A DNA stretch of 64,000 nucleotides from Eledone cirrhosa. Lineage: Eukaryota. The stretch is taken from assembly GCA_964016885.1 (NCBI GenBank), contig OZ024758.1:32798001-32862000 (forward strand), in the 5' to 3' direction. Under the pieces are notes generated by a model. It was not told the origin of the DNA. It was given only the letters and a program-made list of their open reading frames with translations, and did no database searches. Shown in pieces: positions 51,993 to 63,900 of the stretch. Both the position numbers and the translations under genes were made by a program. The stretch's first letter is position 1; every line of letters begins with the position of its first letter.

Positions 51993-52167
51993 TTGATAGT
52001 AGACGTCTTGCACATCGGCTCTTTGATTTGGAATTTTTTACTTGGATTATTTGTGAATGTATTATTTAAATTGTTTTTTATTATTGACTCTAACCCCTAG
52101 TCTGGGACTGTAGACGTAGGGTAAATATATTTTCACCCCTTTTGGGGTGAAAAATATTTATTTCAAA

Positions 52168-53880
52168 ATGTTTATCGATATCTTTGAAAACGATATCGTC
52201 GAAAACGAGGAAGCCATATTGGAAGCTAACGGCACGCCTACCAAAAAAAACGAGAAAGAGGGAACAACATTTCAAACTGTTGAACAGCCCCTCCTCTCGA
52301 ATGAAAAAAAGGATATTAATTCGAATGAAAACCTAAATTTTGAGGAAAAAAATAACAAGAAAATAAACACCACAAAAGATGAAACCAACAACATTGCAAC
52401 AACAGGCAACAAAGACAACAAAATTTCTTTTGCCCAAACGGTCAGGAAAGCTATAGAGTACAAGCCCATAGACATCACAAACGCTAAGCAGAACTTGCTA
52501 AATGCCAGAAAATACATATCTTTTGGGGAGGATGGTCCTTTTACGATCAACTCCCCAGAAGAAGTTCGCCAACAGGTATATCGGAATACCATAACCTTCA
52601 GAACGATATCCAACACAACAAGAAAGCCAGCTCAATTGACAGAAAGTCAAATTCAGCTGGTGCTGAAAGACATTAAAGAAAACATACTTTTTATTGAAAG
52701 AGGAAAGCTGTATGCCAGCATTAAGGTCTGAATGAAGGACGAAATGCTGGCTCAAAAATGCTCGGTGGCACCTATAGTGTCACCACAATACACCTTCTTG
52801 CCCACGTATAAAGGAAGAAGAACTCAGAGACTAAGAATGTGGAGTCCAACGCCAGAAGTTAACATCTGGTCCGTCCTGACAGGATTTACGGACCTAGAAA
52901 AGGACATCCTTATATCAGCAGGGGAGTCCACCAGTGGACTGTTCGGGGGAAAAAGTCTGGAGGTTCTCTTACAGATGACACCTGAGAGAATCGCCGGAAT
53001 ACCCGACCGAGTCCTACTGGATCGGCGAACCTTCATCAATATTACGGTGGAAGGCAGGAGACCCTCATGTTACCACTGCGCTGGCAGAGGTCACCTGAGG
53101 ACGGCCTGCCCTCTACTAACAACAAAAAAACCACTGCTACAAACACCACAACAACAACAAAAACAACCAGCACCACCACCACAACGACAACAACAACAAC
53201 AACATCCACAACAGCTCAAGAAAACAACCCAAAACACGGTCCAACCCAACCCTCCTCACAGAACACAAATACAAAAACACACGCAGTTCATACACAACCC
53301 GGAAATATACCCCTCCCCTCCAATACGGAAGAGGAGCTCATATCGTCGGAAGACGAGGGGGGCTCCCTTCCAAAAAGTGAAAAGAAAAAAACGTACACAC
53401 ACCACACAAACAAAAATAACCCCACCTGACAACACAACACAAACAACAAGATGCAAACTCACTCAAGAACAACAAGCAAAAACAAACACAACACAAAAAC
53501 TCTACACATACATAAACAAAAACAATAAAAACTTAATGGAAAAGATAGAAAACAACCCTTCGGTACAAACCGAAGGGCCGAATTTTGCAACGGCAATGGG
53601 ACTCCCTAACCTGAAAATGGTGAAAATCCCACTTAACATTTTCAAAACTTTGAAAAACATTTACCCTGAGGACGTGGGGCCACCCTGCACCAGGCCACTC
53701 AACCGCGTCTTCCAGAAAGGTTTTCCCCTCCCCTCCTCAAACACCCACAAAACTTCAAACACCCCAACCCCTCCACACACTAATACCCCCACACCACCAC
53801 AAACCACCACCCCACCCAACAACTCCTCCACCCGCCCCATGGAAACTGAGCGGCCCGAACCCCGGGGCGCAGAGAGGTAA
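52168..53880 (+). CDS. ORF1 of copy 2: a single frame broken only by TGA at 52729-52731
   Basis: ORFs 52147-52731 and 52732-53880 abut in the same frame; the CCHC knuckle is in the second part. Confidence 0.75.
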
Positions 53881-53903
53881 GTGCCTCTTTCTTTGCCACC
53901 AAC

Positions 53904-56900
53904 ATGGCTGTGTTAAGAGTGGGTTGTCTAAATGCGCGTGGCCTGGGCTCACCTTGGAAGCAAGCTAAACTTCTAAATGACCTCAGGTCACAATGTATAA
54001 ATGTGATGGTTATTTGCGAGGCCCGGATCAGCAGCGTGCGACAACTAGCCCCCACCTTTGATGACTTTGAGATGCACGCATCTCTCTGTCAGCCCGGAGG
54101 TGGAGGTGGGGTTGTCGTTCTGCTGCAAAAACATCTGGGTCTCGCTACACAGATGGTACACTTGGACCCGGAGGGTCGACTCGTGGTTCTGGACCTTGGC
54201 AATGGTGAAGGCGAAGCTTTTAGGCTTGTCGCCGTATACACCCCTTTTGGGGCAATGCGGTCGGACTTCTTCCATCGTCTGGAGACTTTTCTAGGGACGT
54301 CCCGCTCCTTGCTTTTAGTGGGGGACTGGAATGGTATCCTAGATGCACGTTGGGACTATGTAAGGGCATGTCCCGATAGAGGGGGGTGTAACAGCCTCAA
54401 GGGGTTAATCGGCCGATTTGACCTGGCCGATAGATACCGACTAGATTTTCCGACTGTGCCAACCTGGACTTGGTCAAATAACAGTGGTCAATCTAGATCG
54501 TACCTAGATAGGTTCTTAGTTAGAATTAAGGATAGGGACTTTTTAAGTTGTCCAGAAATGCTCATGGTGGGATATTCAGACCACAAGTTAGTGACCTGTG
54601 TAGTCCACCTTGATAGAACACATAGGCAGGGACCCGGTTACTGGAAGCTCAACTTGTCCTTACCGGCAAGTAGAGCTTACAGGGACTGGATTAGAACCTT
54701 AGTTAAGGAGCGGTTAGAGAGATTAGAGTAGTTTCAATAGGAGTTAGTAAGGAGTTAGCCTCAGATGGAAATAGGAAGGAAAGGGAGTTGGTAGTTAATG
54801 TTGAAGAGGCAATGAGAAGCGGCAACGTGGCCAGAGTGCAAGCGTCAAGAACGGCCTTGAACCAGTTCTTAGACGCGAAACACGAAGGCTGCGTTGTCCG
54901 AAGCAAAATACGTGCTCTGGGAAAGGAGGGGACCAAAGCTGTTAGCTGGGCCCGCGTGACAGAAGCGAAAAGTGGGATTAAATCCACTATCCGGTCTTTG
55001 CGAGACCAGGATGGACGGGTGATCCTTGAACCTAAGCAAATGTGCGAGGCCTTTCAAAGGCACTTTGCCCGATTATTCGGGAGGGGCGGGGGGCCGGTTG
55101 GAGATGTGGATTTCGGTCCATACCTCGACGGCCTGCCACGTCTTTCGGACAAGGAGGCGAGGTCCTGCGACGGACCGATCTCAGCTGCTGAAATAGGGGA
55201 CGTGCTGAGCTTATGCGGCAAACGCAAATCTCCAGGGCTCGATGGTCTGCCCTACGAACTATATATTAATATGCCGGACTTGTTCCCCGATCTCCTCGAG
55301 GCGGTCCACTGCAACTGGCAACAGAACGGGAGAATTCCCTGTTCTGTGACCAAGGGCGTAGTCTCGCTAGTGAGGAAGGACGAGAACAAGGGGGATGACA
55401 TTAGTAATTTTAGGCCCATAACTCTGCTAAATGCAGAGTTAAAGATTTTGGCGAAGGTGTTAGCGAAGAGATTGGCGCTTGTCGTGGGGGGCCCGGTGGG
55501 AGATGCGCAGACATGCGCTATCCCGTCCAGGTCCATCCGACAGGGGTGCCTTCTCTCCTCCCTTCTGTATGTATTGGCTCTCGAGCCACTACTGCGGAAG
55601 TTAGAGTTGTTGCAGGGCATTCCTTTGGAACCGGGATTGCACAAAGCGGTGTCGGCTTATGCCGATGACGTAACAGTTATGGTGTCGACCACCGCGGAAA
55701 TCGAGGCAATCGGCACCTTACTGGAGGAGTACGAAAGGTTGACAGGGCTAAGCTGAACCGGGACAAGTCAGTCGCTTTGCAACTCGGCGAGTGGAGGGGC
55801 AAAGCGATGTCTTCCGACGGTATCGTCGGACGGTGGACGGAGGGCCCGGTGAAGTTGCTTGGGGTCTGGTTCGGACCGGACCTCCAGGTGGAGAAAAACT
55901 GGGGTGAGGTGACGAATAGGGTGTTTGCACTGACCCAGAAGTGGGCCGAGTGCAAACTATCCCTAAAAGGTCGGGCGGAGGTGGCGAACGCTTACATAGC
56001 GTCCGTCATCTATTACCGCTTGACTGTCGTGCCTTGCCCGAGTGAGATCCTCGCCAAAATGGAGCGCGCCCTCTTTTATTTCCTTTGGAAGAAGAGGTCT
56101 CCTCTGGTGAGGAGATCCATCTGCTGTCAACACCCTTTGAAAGGAGGGCTGGGGATGCCGTGGCTAAAAATGCGTAAACACGCATTGAGGCTAAGGCATT
56201 TCCAGGTATTCCTCACCAGTCAACCGGTGTGGGCCCCGTTTGTGAGGCGAGCCTTCCCGAGGCTCGTCTCGCTCACCGAGCTGCAGTCCTGGGTGAAGCA
56301 AAGACCGAGAAAACTGGGCGACTGGCACACCGAGTGTGCCCAGGCGCTCACGGTTCTCTGGCAGGCGGACCCGGCTATCGACGGAGACTCCACCTCGTCA
56401 TTCTATAGAGGGCTGGTGGTTAGCGGGTGCGACGACGCCCTCGGAGAAAACCTAGGCATGGAGGAGGACGAACTCGCCAGTCGATTCGGTAGGACTTTCG
56501 GCCCGGGACCTATGGACAACTTCCAGAAGTCCTTGGCCTGGCAGTGCTACCGAGGGGCTCTGCCCGTTCGGGATAAGCTCTACAGACACGGGCGCCCGGG
56601 TAGGGACCCCTCGAAAAAGATCTGTCCCAGATGCGTGCGCGACGAGGAAACCGTCGCGCACGCATTGGTGCACTGCCCGGGCGTTGCCGATCTGTGGGGC
56701 TATGTCGAACAACTGCTGTCACGGGTGGGACCAATTAGGTTGACCACCGAGTCCATTGTAACGATCAAGCCGCCTCCCCCCTTCAAAAATGAAGGTGAGG
56801 CGGTCTTCCTCTGTGTAATAGCCATGGTAAAAGAGGTTATATGGTGGACGCGTCTCAAAGGGCTGAGGTCGGACACCTTTCTTTCCGGCCAACAACTGGT

Positions 56901-57039
56901 CCTTTTCTTCCGATACCATTTCGGAAGAAGGATCAGGATGGAGAGAGAGGTGCTCCACTCCAGCCAGTTTTATGAAAGGTGGGTGAAAGTTGCGAGAATG
57001 GCCCGTGTGAATGGGCCTTCTCTCTACCTCAGCCTGTAG
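53904..57039 (+). pseudogene. ORF2 of copy 2
   Basis: APE N-terminus and YADD intact; deletion of about 43 bp near 54715, 258-bp deletion near 55535, frameshift near 55747. Confidence 0.92.
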
Positions 57040-57260
57040 GTGGAACAGGAAGAAGGGAGCATCCTCTCTTTGTGCTCCCGTGGAGAAGGGTCGCACATTT
57101 TTTCGGGGGTGTGTGTGACCCCAAAACGATCCCTCCCTATTGAGGACCTTCTTGTTACTATTTTGTTTGTTATATTTTTCTTACTCGATTTTTATGTAAA
57201 CTCCCCCCACCCATGTACATGTCCCTTTCTTTTGGGCCCTAGTGGCAAATAAACAGAAAT

Positions 57261-57418
57261 TTGTCTGTCTGTCTGTCTGTCCATGTATGTGTCTGTCTGT
57301 CTGTCCATGTATGTGTCTGTCTGTCCATGTATGTGTCTGTCTGTCCATGTATGTGTCTGTCTGTCTGTCCATGTATGTGTCTGTCTGTCCATGTATGTGT
57401 CTGTCTATCCATGTATGT
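57261..57418. repeat. (TCTG)n/TCCATGTATG microsatellite after copy 2
   Basis: Direct reading. Confidence 0.95.
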
Positions 57419-57874
57419 GAGAGAGTGGTGGGTGAGAGAGTGACAGTGGTGGGAGAGTGGTGGGTGGGAGAGTGACAGTGGTGGGTGGGAGAGTGACAGT
57501 GGTGGGTGGGAGAGTGACAGTGGTGAGTGGGAGAGTGACAGTGGTGGGTGAGAGAGTGGTGGGTGGGAGAGTGACAGTGGTGACAGTGGTGGGAGAGTGG
57601 TGGCTGGGAGAGTGAGTGGTGGGAGAGTGGTGGGTGGGAGAGTGACAGTGGTGGGAGAGTGGTGGGTGGGAGAGTGACAGTGGTGGGTGGGAGAGTGACA
57701 GTGGTGGGTGGGAGAGTGACAGTGGTGGGTGAGAGAGTGATGGGTGGGAGAGTGACAGTGGTGACAGTGGTGGGAGAGTGGTGGGTGGGAGAGTGAGAGT
57801 GGTGGGAGAGTGACAGTGGTGACAGTGGTGGGAGAGTGGTGAGAGAGTGGTGGGTGGGAGAGTGACAGTGGTGG
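57419..57874. repeat. G-rich minisatellite, unit about 21 bp GGGAGAGTGACAGTGGTGGGT
   Basis: Direct reading. Confidence 0.92.
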
Positions 57875-57967
57875 AAGAGAGAGAGATTGAGAGCAAGAGA
57901 GAGAGAGGAAGAGTAAAATATGAAAAAGATGAGAGAACAATAAATGGTGAGATCTGATGTCAAGGAA

Positions 57968-60900
57968 GTAGTAGTAGGATGGAGGTGGTAGTAGTAGCAG
58001 GGTGGAGGTGGTAGTAGTAGTAGGGTGGAGGTGGTAGTAGTAGTAGGGTGGAGGTGGTAGTAGTAGTAGGGTGGAGGTGGTAGTAGTAGTAGGGTGGAGG
58101 TGGTAGTAGTAGTAGGGTGGAGGTGGTAGTAGTAGTAGGGTGGAGGTGGTAGTAGTAGTAGGGTGGAGGTGGTAGTAGTAGTAGGGTGGAGGTGGTAGTA
58201 GTAGTAGGGTGGAGGTGGTAGTAGTAGTAGGGTGGAGGTGGTAGTAGTAGTAGGGTGGAGGTGGTAGTAGTAGTAGGGTGGAGGTGGTAGTAGTAGTAGG
58301 GTGGAGGTGGTAGTAGTAGCAGGGTGGAGGTGGTAGTAGTAGTAGGGTGGAGGTGGTAGTAGTAGTAGGGTGGAGGTGGTAGTAGTAGTAGGGTGGAGGT
58401 GGTAGTAGTAGTAGGGTGGAGGTGGTAGTAGTAGTAGGGTGGAGGTGGTAGTAGTAGTAGGGTGGAGGTGGTAGTAGTAGTAGGGTGGAGGTGGTAGTAG
58501 TAGTAGGGTGGAGGTGGTAGTAGTAGCAGGGTGGAGGTGGTAGTAGTAGTAGGGTGGAGGTGGTAGTAGTAGCAGGGTGGAGGTGGTAGTAGTAGTAGGG
58601 TGGAGGTGGTAGTAGTAGCAGGGTGGAGGTGGTAGTAGTAGTAGGGTGGAGGTGGTAGTAGTAGTAGGGTGGAGGTGGTAGTAGTAGTAGGGTGGAGGTG
58701 GTAGTAGTAGTAGGGTGGAGGTGGTAGTAGTAGTAGGGTGGAGGTGGTAGTAGTAGTAGGGTGGAGGTGGTAGTAGTAGTAGGGTGGAGGTGGTAGTAGT
58801 AGCAGGGTGGAGGTGGTAGTAGTAGTAGGGTGGAGGTGGTAGTAGTAGTAGGGTGGAGGTGGTAGTAGTAGCAGGGTGGAGGTGGTAGTAGTAGTAGGGT
58901 GGAGGTGGTAGTAGTAGCAGGGTGGAGGTGGTAGTAGTAGTAGGGTGGAGGTGGTAGTAGTAGCAGGGTGGAGGTGGTAGTAGTAGTAGGGTGGAGGTGG
59001 TAGTAGTAGTAGGGTGGAGGTGGTAGTAGTAGTAGGGTGGAGGTGGTAGTAGTAGTAGGGTGGAGGTGGTAGTAGTAGTAGTAGGGTGGAGGTGGTAGTA
59101 GTAGTAGGGTGGAGGTGGTAGTAGTAGCAGGGTGGAGGTGGTAGTAGTAGTAGTAGGGTTAAGGTGGTAGTAGTAGTAGTAGTAGGGTGGAGGTGGTAGT
59201 AGTAGTAGGGTGGAGGTGGTAGTAGTAGTAGTAGTAGAGTGGAGGTGGTAGTAGTAGTAGGGTGGAGGTGGTAGTAGTAGTAGGGTGGAGGTGGTAGTAG
59301 TAGTAGGGTGGAGGTGGTAGTAGTAGTAGTAGGGTTAAGGTGGTAGTAGTAGTAGTAGGGTGAAGGTGGTAGTAGTAGTAGGGTGGAGGTGGTAGTAGTA
59401 GTAGGGTGGAGGTGGTAGTAGTAGTAGGGTGGAGGTGGTAGTAGTAGTAGTAGGGTTAAGGTGGTAGTAGTAGTAGTAGGGTGAAGGTGGTAGTAGTAGT
59501 AGGGTGGAGGTGGTAGTAGTAGTAGGGTGCAGGTGGTAGTAGTAGCAGGGTGGTGGTGGTAGTAGTAGTAGGGTGGAGGTGGTAGTAGTAGTAGGGTGGA
59601 GGTGGTAGTAGTAGTAGGGTGGAGGTGGTAGTAGTAGCAGGGTGGTGGTGGTAGTAGTAGTAGGGTGGAGGTGGTAGTAGTAGTAGGGTGGAGGTGGTAG
59701 TAGTAGTAGGGTGCAGGTGGTAGTAGTAGCAGGGTGGTGGTGGTAGTAGTAGTAGGGTGGAGGTGGTAGTAGTAGTAGGGTGGAGGTGGTAGTAGTAGTA
59801 GTAGTAGAGTGGAGGTGGTAGTAGTAGTAGGGTGGAGGTGGTAGTAGTAGTAGGGTGGAGGTGGTAGTAGTAGTAGGGTGGAGGTGGTAGTAGTAGTAGT
59901 AGGGTTAAGGTGGTAGTAGTAGTAGTAGGGTGAAGGTGGTAGTAGTAGTAGGGTGGAGGTGGTAGTAGTAGTAGGGTGGAGGTGGTAGTAGTAGTAGGGT
60001 GGAGGTGGTAGTAGTAGTAGTAGGGTTAAGGTGGTAGTAGTAGTAGTAGGGTGAAGGTGGTAGTAGTAGTAGGGTGGAGGTGGTAGTAGTAGTAGGGTGC
60101 AGGTGGTAGTAGTAGCAGGGTGGTGGTGGTAGTAGTAGTAGGGTGGAGGTGGTAGTAGTAGTAGGGTGGAGGTGGTAGTAGTAGCAGGGTGGTGGTGGTA
60201 GTAGTAGTAGGGTGGAGGTGGTAGTAGTAGTAGGGTGCAGGTGGTAGTAGTAGTAGTAGGGTTAAGGTGGTAGTAGTAGTAGTAGGGTGAAGGTGGTAGT
60301 AGTAGTAGGGTGGAGGTGGTAGTAGTAGTAGTAGGGTTAAGGTGGTAGTAGTAGTAGGGTGGAGGTGGTAGTAGTAGTAGGGTGGAGGTGGTAGTAGTAG
60401 CAGGGTGGAGGTGGTAGTAGTAGTAGGGTGGAGGTGGTAGTAGTAGTAGGGTGCAGGTGGTAGTAGTAGTAGGGTGCAGGTGGTAGTAGTAGTAGTAGGG
60501 TTAAGGTGGTAGTAGTAGTAGGGTGGAGGTGGTAGTAGTAGTAGGGTGGAGGTGGTAGTAGTAGCAGGGTGGAGGTGGTAGTAGTAGTAAGGTGCAGGTG
60601 GTAGTAGTAGTAGTAGGGTGAAGGTGGTAGTAGTAGTAGGGTGCAGGTGGTAGTAGTAGTAGTAGGGTGAAGGTGGTAGTAGTAGTAGGGTGCAGGTGGT
60701 AGTAGTAGTAGTAGGGTGAAGGTGGTAGTAGTAGTAGGGTGCAGGTGGTAGTAGTAGTAGTAGGGTGGAGGTGGTAGTAGTAGCAGGGTGGAGGTGGTAG
60801 TAGTAGTAGGATGGAGGTGGTAGTAGTAGTAGGGTGCAGGTGGTAGTAGTAGTAGTAGGGTTAAGGTGGTAGTAGTAGTAGTAGGGTGAAGGTGGTAGTA

Positions 60901-63900
60901 GTAGTAGGGTGGAGGTGGTAGTAGTAGTAGAGTGGAGGTGGTAGTAGTAGTAGGGTGCAGGTGGTAGTAGTAGTAGTAGGGTTAAGGTGGTAGTAGTAGT
61001 AGTAGGGTGAAGGTGGTAGTAGTAGCAGGGTGAAGGTGGTAGTAGTAGTAGAGTGGAGGTGGTAGTAGTAGTAGGGTGGAGGTGGTAGTAGTAGTAGGGT
61101 GGAGGTGGTAGTAGTAGTAGGGTTAAGGTGGTAGTAGTAGTAGTAGGGTGAAGGTGGTAGTAGTAGTAGGATGGAGGTGGTAGTAGTAGTAGGGTGGAGG
61201 TGGTAGTAGTAGTAGTAGGGTGGAGGTGGTAGTAGTAGTAGTAGGGTGAAGGTGGTAGTAGTAGTAGTAGGGTGAAGGTGGTAGTAGTAGTAGGGTGGAG
61301 GTGGTAGTAGTAGTAGGGTGGAGGTGGTAGTAGTAGTAGGGTGGAGGTGGTAGTAGTAGTAGAGTGGAGGTGGTAGTAGTAGTAGGATGGAGGTGGTAGT
61401 AGTAGTAGGGTGGAGGTGGTAGTAGTAGTAGGGTGGAGGTGGTAGTAGTAGCAGGGTGGAGGTGGTAGTAGTAGTAGGGTGGAGGTGGTAGTAGTAGTAG
61501 AGTGGAGGTGGTAGTAGTAGTAGGATGGAGGTGGTAGTAGTAGTAGGGTTAAGGTGGTAGTAGTAGTAGGATGGAGGTGGTAGTAGTAGTAGGGTGGAGG
61601 TGGTAGTAGTAGTAGGGTGGAGGTGGTAGTAGTAGTAGGATGGAGGTGGTAGTAGTAGTAGGGTGGAGGTGGTAGTAGTAGTAGGGTGGAGGTGGTAGTA
61701 GTAGTAGGGTGGAGGTGGTAGTAGTAGTAGGGTGGAGGTGGTAGTAGTAGTAGAGTGGACGTGGTAGTAGTAGTAGGGTGGAGGTGGTAGTAGTAGTAGA
61801 GTGGAGGTGGTAGTAGTAGTAGGATGGAGGTGGTAGTAGTAGTAGGGTGGAGGTGGTAGTAGTAGTAGGATGGAGGTGGTAGTAGTAGTAGGGTTAAGGT
61901 GGTAGTAGTAGTAGGATGGAGGTGGTAGTAGTAGTAGGGTGGAGGTGGTAGTAGTAGTAGGGTGGAGGTGGTAGTAGTAGTAGGGTGGAGGTGGTAGTAG
62001 TAGTAGAGTGGAGGTGGTAGTAGTAGTAGGGTGGAGGTGGTAGTAGTAGTAGAGTGGAGGTGGTAGTAGTAGTAGGATGGAGGTGGTAGTAGTAGTAGGG
62101 TGGAGGTGGTAGTAGTAGTAGAGTGGAGGTGGTAGTAGTAGTAGGATGGAGGTGGTAGTAGTAGTAGGGTGGAGGTGGTAGTAGTAGTAGGGTGAAGGTG
62201 GTAGTAGTAGTAGGGTGGAGGTGGTAGTAGTAGTAGGATGGAGGTGGTAGTAGTAGTAGGGTGGAGGTGGTAGTAGTAGTAGAGTGGAGGTGGTAGTAGT
62301 AGTAGGATGGAGGTGGTAGTAGTAGTAGGGTGGAGGTGGTAGTAGTAGTAGAGTGGAGGTGGTAGTAGTAGTAGGATGGAGGTGGTAGTAGTAGTAGGGT
62401 TAAGGTGGTAGTAGTAGTAGGATGGAGGTGGTAGTAGTAGTAGGGTGGAGGTGGTAGTAGTAGTAGGGTGGAGGTGGTAGTAGTAGTAGGATGGAGGTGG
62501 TAGTAGTAGTAGGGTGGAGGTGGTAGTAGTAGTAGGGTGGAGGTGGTAGTAGTAGTAGGATGGAGGTGGTAGTAGTAGTAGGGTGGAGGTGGTAGTAGTA
62601 GTAGGGTGGAGGTGGTAGTAGTAGTAGGGTGGAGGTGGTAGTAGTAGTAGGATGGAGGTGGTAGTAGTAGTAGGGTGGAGGTGGTAGTAGTAGTAGAGTG
62701 GAGGTGGTAGTAGTAGTAGGGTGGAGGTGGTAGTAGTAGTAGGGTGAAGGTGGTAGTAGTAGTAGGGTGGAGGTGGTAGTAGTAGTAGGATGGAGGTGGT
62801 AGTAGTAGTAGGGTGGAGGTGGTAGTAGTAGTAGAGTGGAGGTGGTAGTAGTAGTAGGGTGGAGGTGGTAGTAGTAGTAGGGTTAAGGTGGTAGTAGTAG
62901 TAGTAGGGTGAAGGTGGTAGTAGTAGTAGGATGGAGGTGGTAGTAGTAGCAGGGTGGAGGTGGTAGTAGTAGTAGGATGGAGGTGGTAGTAGTAGTAGGG
63001 TGCAGGTGGTAGTAGTAGTAGTAGTAGTAGGGTTAAGGTGGTAGTAGTAGTAGTAGGGTGAAGGTGGTAGTAGTAGTAGGGTGGAGGTGGTAGTAGTAGT
63101 AGGGTGGAGGTGGTAGTAGTAGTAGTAGGGTGAAGGTGGTAGTAGTAGTAGGGTGGAGGTGGTAGTAGTAGTAGGGTGAAGGTGGTAGTAGTAGTAGGGT
63201 GCAGGTGGTAGTAGTAGTAGTAGTAGTAGGGTTAAGGTGGTAGTAGTAGTAGTAGGGTGAAGGTGGTAGTAGTAGTAGGGTGGAGGTGGTAGTAGTAGTA
63301 GGGTGGAGGTGGTAGTAGTAGTAGGGTGGAGGTGGTAGTAGTAGTAGGGTGGAGGTGGTAGTAGTAGTAGGGTGGAGGTGGTAGTAGTAGTAGGGTGGAG
63401 GTGGTAGTAGTAGTAGGGTGGAGGTGGTAGTAGTAGTAGGGTGAAGGTGGTAGTAGTAGTAGGGTGGAGGTGGTAGTAGTAGTAGGGTGGAGGTGGTAGT
63501 AGTAGTAGAGTGGAGGTGGTAGTAGTAGTAGGATGGAGGTGGTAGTAGTAGTAGGGTGGAGGTGGTAGTAGTAGTAGGGTGGAGGTGGTAGTAGTAGCAG
63601 GGTGGAGGTGGTAGTAGTAGTAGGATGGAGGTGGTAGTAGTAGTAGGGTGCAGGTGGTAGTAGTAGTAGTAGTAGTAGGGTTAAGGTGGTAGTAGTAGTA
63701 GTAGGGTGAAGGTGGTAGTAGTAGTAGGGTGGAGGTGGTAGTAGTAGTAGAGTGGAGGTGGTAGTAGTAGTAGAGTGGAGGTGGTAGTAGTAGTAGGGTG
63801 GAGGTGGTAGTAGTAGTAGGGTGAAGGTGGTAGTAGTAGTAGTAGGGTGAAGGTGGTAGTAGTAGTAGGATGGAGGTGGTAGTAGTAGTAGGGTGGAGGT

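Larger units (their letters stand above)
51995..57259 (+). mobile_element. Tx1/L1-like non-LTR retrotransposon, copy 2, with two internal deletions
   Basis: Same termini and organisation as copy 1. Confidence 0.92.
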
